25,533 bases of DNA from a virus (lineage: Duplodnaviria > Caudoviricetes): positions 1 through 25,533 of IMG/VR virus record IMGVR_UViG_3300049432_000034; one strand, given 5' to 3'. The notes beneath the pieces were generated by a model. That model made no database searches, was not told the origin of the DNA, and saw nothing but the letters and a program-made list of their open reading frames with translations. A program made the translations under genes and the position numbers. Below, one piece after another: positions 22,153-25,533 of this stretch. Each line of letters starts with the position of its first letter. Positions within the stretch are counted from its first letter, which is position 1.

Positions 22153-24237
22153 TCAGGTCCGGTTCCCGTTCTTCATGAATTCAGCCAGCATGTCTTGGCG
22201 TTCCTTTTCCGGGATCGGTTCCCACCGGTTGGATTTGTTCTTGCGGAATTCCGGGGGCAGGTACACGGCTTTGCCGTTCTGCAACTTGAACCGCCACTGG
22301 GCTTTGGCTTTCTTTTCCGCACTGGTCAGCAACACCGGCACCCTGCCCGTGGGGCTGGCCTTGGCGGCGGCGCCAACCTCAGAATCAAATTCCCGGGGGC
22401 GCGTCTCAAACGCCTGGGTGACCAGTTCCGTGGGTTCCTTGTCATCAATGCGGACGATGCGCACGGTGTCAGGCTTGAACTTGCCCACCTCAAAGTGCTT
22501 GGACGCGTCCCAGTCACCCGTCTGGCCCTCCAGGAACATCAGTTTGCCGTCAACCTTTTCCCAGTTGAAGACGTGCGCCCCGCCCTGGGTCCAGCCCATG
22601 GCAACGAACCCGCGCGCGCCGTCCGGGTAGTCCCTGGCCCACTCATTGAGCTTGGGCACGGTCTTGGTCCACTTGTTCCCGGCCAGGCGCTTGCCGTTGG
22701 GCTGCAGGGGTTCCGGCATGGTGAACAGAAAGGACATTTGGGCGGGCTGGCCGTCCTTGTCCCGCCACCACTCACTGACGTAGATACGGTCAGCGCGGCC
22801 CTTGCCGTCAGCCACCGGGGCGGCTTTCACGTCATAGCCCCGGCGCTGGAATTCATACGCCTGGACCACGCTGGAACAGTTCATGTTGTAGAACCTCGTG
22901 CCGGTGACCTTGTCATGGCCGGGGTTGGTGTACTTGGCCACCAGCATGGGCGTATCCGTGACAATGTCCTTGTTCACGGGTAGCTGGTTCAGTGCCGTGT
23001 AGCGCTGCGTTTCGCCCTTGCGGCGCGGCGGCGGCGCTGCGGTGGGGGCCTTGGGCACGCCAGGTTCTTCCTGGGCCTGCTTGAGCTTTTCAGCGGCCAG
23101 CGCTTCCTTGCGGGTCTGCGGCTTGGCCGGCGGCACGGCTGGGGTCACCTTGGGTTCCACCTTGGGCGCGGGGGCAGGCGCGGGGGCGGGGGTGGGCACC
23201 ACCGGTTCCGGGTCAGGCACAACCACGGGCTTAGGCTTCCTGGGCGCACGCTTTTTCTTGGGCACAGCGGGCGCGGGCGTCGGTTCCGGCTTGATAGGCG
23301 GCAACGGTTCCGGGTTGGGGTCATCAACGATGGGGTCCGGTTCGTCATACATGAACACCAAGGTGCCCCGGCACCTCGTGCCACCAAGGCATCCGTCATA
23401 GCCGCCGTGGGGGTAATCCCGCTTGGCCGCTTCCATGCTTTCGTATTCCTTGCCGTCCATCCGGGCGCACGGCTTACAGGTGTTCCCGTCCAGGATTTCC
23501 GTGGCAAAGATTTCTGAGGGGTTCAGTTCCTCAGCCGCCGCCACCCGCCCAATGCCATGGGCGCTGTGGATGGTCTGCTTTGCCAGGTCAACGGAACCGT
23601 CCAGCGGGATGTTGTCCAGTTCCTTGACCACGTCATCCCGGGGGATGCTGGCCGCGTAGACCTTGGACGGGTCAATGATGGTGGTCTGCAGCTTGCCGGT
23701 GATGCGTTGCCACGGGTGCAGGGCGGCGGTGGCCGCTGGAAGCTTGAATTGTTCGGCGTCAATCGCCGGCGGCGCCCAGTCGCCCATCTTCACACCCTGG
23801 CGCACGGCTTCACCCTGGACCATCCCGGCGGCACTGTTAGCCACGCGGGCAAGGATGCCCTGCAGGGCACCAGCGGTTCTAGCCACAGCGGTCTGGACTT
23901 GAAGCGGCTGGGCGGCGTTCAACTGGGCTAGAGCGCGGGCGGCGGCGGTGGGGGTGACCTCGTCAGCGTCCCCCAGCATTTCGCCCAGGATCGAACCCAC
24001 GATGACTTCCCGCAACCCGGCCAGGGCTGTGGCGGCTTCCGCCACGGCTTCATTGGTCAGCGCGGCGATATCACCAAAGCGGACCTTGGCCGCAACCTCA
24101 TGCGGGAACAGCGGGCGCACGGCTTCCGCGGCACTATCGCCGGCGGCAACCTCAGCGTCAATGACCAGGCGTTCCGCTTCCGCCAGCATCACCATGGTTT
24201 CCACTTCCACGGTGATGCTCTCGCATTCTTGGCACAC
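22153..24237 (-). CDS. MuF-like head morphogenesis protein fused to a papain-fold toxin (Tox-PL / glutamine deamidase-like) domain, 694 aa
   Basis: Follows the portal. MuF-type Cys cluster LDGNTCKPCARMDG...GCLGGTRCRGTLVF, Pro/Lys linker, then NC454SSVVQAYEFQRRGYDVKAAP...GAH555VFNWE...FLE570GQTG. Confidence 0.8.
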   Translation of the reverse strand: MCQECESITVEVETMVMLAEAERLVIDAEVAAGDSAAEAVRPLFPHEVAAKVRFGDIAALTNEAVAEAATALAGLREVIVGSILGEMLGDADEVTPTAAARALAQLNAAQPLQVQTAVARTAGALQGILARVANSAAGMVQGEAVRQGVKMGDWAPPAIDAEQFKLPAATAALHPWQRITGKLQTTIIDPSKVYAASIPRDDVVKELDNIPLDGSVDLAKQTIHSAHGIGRVAAAEELNPSEIFATEILDGNTCKPCARMDGKEYESMEAAKRDYPHGGYDGCLGGTRCRGTLVFMYDEPDPIVDDPNPEPLPPIKPEPTPAPAVPKKKRAPRKPKPVVVPDPEPVVPTPAPAPAPAPKVEPKVTPAVPPAKPQTRKEALAAEKLKQAQEEPGVPKAPTAAPPPRRKGETQRYTALNQLPVNKDIVTDTPMLVAKYTNPGHDKVTGTRFYNMNCSSVVQAYEFQRRGYDVKAAPVADGKGRADRIYVSEWWRDKDGQPAQMSFLFTMPEPLQPNGKRLAGNKWTKTVPKLNEWARDYPDGARGFVAMGWTQGGAHVFNWEKVDGKLMFLEGQTGDWDASKHFEVGKFKPDTVRIVRIDDKEPTELVTQAFETRPREFDSEVGAAAKASPTGRVPVLLTSAEKKAKAQWRFKLQNGKAVYLPPEFRKNKSNRWEPIPEKERQDMLAEFMKNGNRT

Positions 24238-24242
24238 CTGTG

Positions 24243-25533
24243 TTAACTCCCGTGCCCGTGGGCGTTCTTGAGCTCAGCCATGCGCGCCACCAGCGCGGCC
24301 ATCCTGTCCAGGGGGTCCACGCCCTCAGACAGCGGCAGAACAGTGCCGTCCTTGCCCGGGGTGCCGGCGGGCGCGGCGGGCGTCTGCGGGCGTGCGGTGG
24401 CAACGTCATGGTCAGGCAGATTGAATTGCTTACGCAAGTGCGTTTCCAGCTTGCCGTCCGGGGTGATCAGACCGGCGGACACGAGGGAACCCAGGACGGT
24501 GGACGTGACGGTGTTGTTCTGGGACAGGTCACCGGGGGTCAGCACCGGGTACGGTTCATCCGGCCCGTAGTTCCATTCCACCAAATCCCTGATGATGTGT
24601 TCCGTGGCCGTTTCGGCTATCGCTTCCGCCACGGCCTGCAGGGACGCGGTGAAAAAGTCAACGAACGTGTCACCCAGGGACCGCGCGCCGGCGTCATGGC
24701 CCAGGTCCATGAACATGGCCAGGGATGACTTGGTGATTGCCTGGTCATGGTAGTTGATGACCGGCAGGGGGTCCGCCGTAGAGCCGCTGACGCCCACCAG
24801 TTCAAAGGTGGTGCCAATGGGCTTCACAAGGCCCGCCGTGGCCCCGCTACGGAAGTCAGACACGGCACGTTCGGCGTCTTCACGGTGGGCGCCGGGGATG
24901 TTTTGGTCAAAGGACATGACGGGCACGCCCATGCCGTTGCGTTCCACCACCTGGGCGGAAATCCTCAGCAGCATGTCCTTGATGAACCAGTGCTTATAGG
25001 CAGGCCGCAGCATGCTGTTGCCGGTCCAGTCCGCGCCCTCACGGTCAATGGTGTAGAACACCAGCCTGTCCACGGGGATGAAAATGTCACGGTACTGCCC
25101 GGGCAACAGTTCCAGTGGGGCTTGGCTGATACCGGCCAGCCCGCCGTCCTTGTCCACCCGGATTTCCGTGAGGGTCCGCGGCATGCGCGGTGACAGCTTG
25201 CGCAAGTGCACCACTTCATCCAGGCCAATGTTTGCCTGGTCCGGGTTCGGCGCGCCCACTTGGTAGACCTGTTCAAAGGGCATGTGGCCGTAGGGCAGGG
25301 CCAGCAGGGCCAGCCGTAGGTGGTCAAGCCAGTTGATGCCCTCACGCCGGCGGCGGCGGCGGGACTTGCCCACGGCATTCAGCCCGATTTCCGTGCGGAC
25401 CAGTTCGGCCACCTCAGGGCGGACACCCTCAACGTCCAGGTCCCATTGGGCGGACAGGATAGGCAGGGTGCAAGCACGGATCAGACCGGCAATCTGGCCG
25501 TCAGTGCGGCGCATGGCGTCATAGACCATGATG
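24243..25533 (-). CDS. Portal protein (Mu gp29 / DUF935-like), 5'-truncated
   Basis: Frame stays open past 25529 to the window edge. YDAMRRTDGQI, GNSMLRPAYKHW, ERNGMGVP, YHDQAITK and ARSLG motifs. Confidence 0.9.
   Translation of the reverse strand, partial: IMVYDAMRRTDGQIAGLIRACTLPILSAQWDLDVEGVRPEVAELVRTEIGLNAVGKSRRRRRREGINWLDHLRLALLALPYGHMPFEQVYQVGAPNPDQANIGLDEVVHLRKLSPRMPRTLTEIRVDKDGGLAGISQAPLELLPGQYRDIFIPVDRLVFYTIDREGADWTGNSMLRPAYKHWFIKDMLLRISAQVVERNGMGVPVMSFDQNIPGAHREDAERAVSDFRSGATAGLVKPIGTTFELVGVSGSTADPLPVINYHDQAITKSSLAMFMDLGHDAGARSLGDTFVDFFTASLQAVAEAIAETATEHIIRDLVEWNYGPDEPYPVLTPGDLSQNNTVTSTVLGSLVSAGLITPDGKLETHLRKQFNLPDHDVATARPQTPAAPAGTPGKDGTVLPLSEGVDPLDRMAALVARMAELKNAHGHGS

Overview
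The window is part of the virion-structure and lysis region of a high-GC tailed phage or prophage with a contractile tail. An actinobacterial host such as Arthrobacter/Micrococcaceae is inferred from GC content, leaderless genes and lysis-gene types; it is not confirmed. Nearly all genes run on the minus strand. The head module is: portal (5'-truncated), a MuF-like head protein fused to a papain-fold toxin domain, a candidate Imm35-like immunity gene, three small basic proteins sharing an N-terminal MP[VI]KR[GD]xxGKF motif, a Mu-like protease with a nested scaffold, decoration protein and major capsid. The tail module is: neck proteins, sheath, tube, tail chaperone with a -1 frameshift extension, tape measure, LysM protein, hub-CHAP fusion, a degenerate NlpC/P60 protein, short spike and tail fibre. 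A five-gene lysis cassette follows, with a CHAP-GH25-4xLysM endolysin. A plus-strand four-gene HTH cassette with twin palindromic operators then separates it from the gp25-like and baseplate-J genes. Six copies of a strictly spaced putative late-promoter element (GACA-N6-CCGTCCCACA-N19-NANNNT-N6-start) punctuate the region; three would give leaderless mRNAs and one drives the nested scaffold. No tRNA, rRNA, CRISPR array or integrase was seen. All family assignments are by eye from motifs and gene order, not from database searches.
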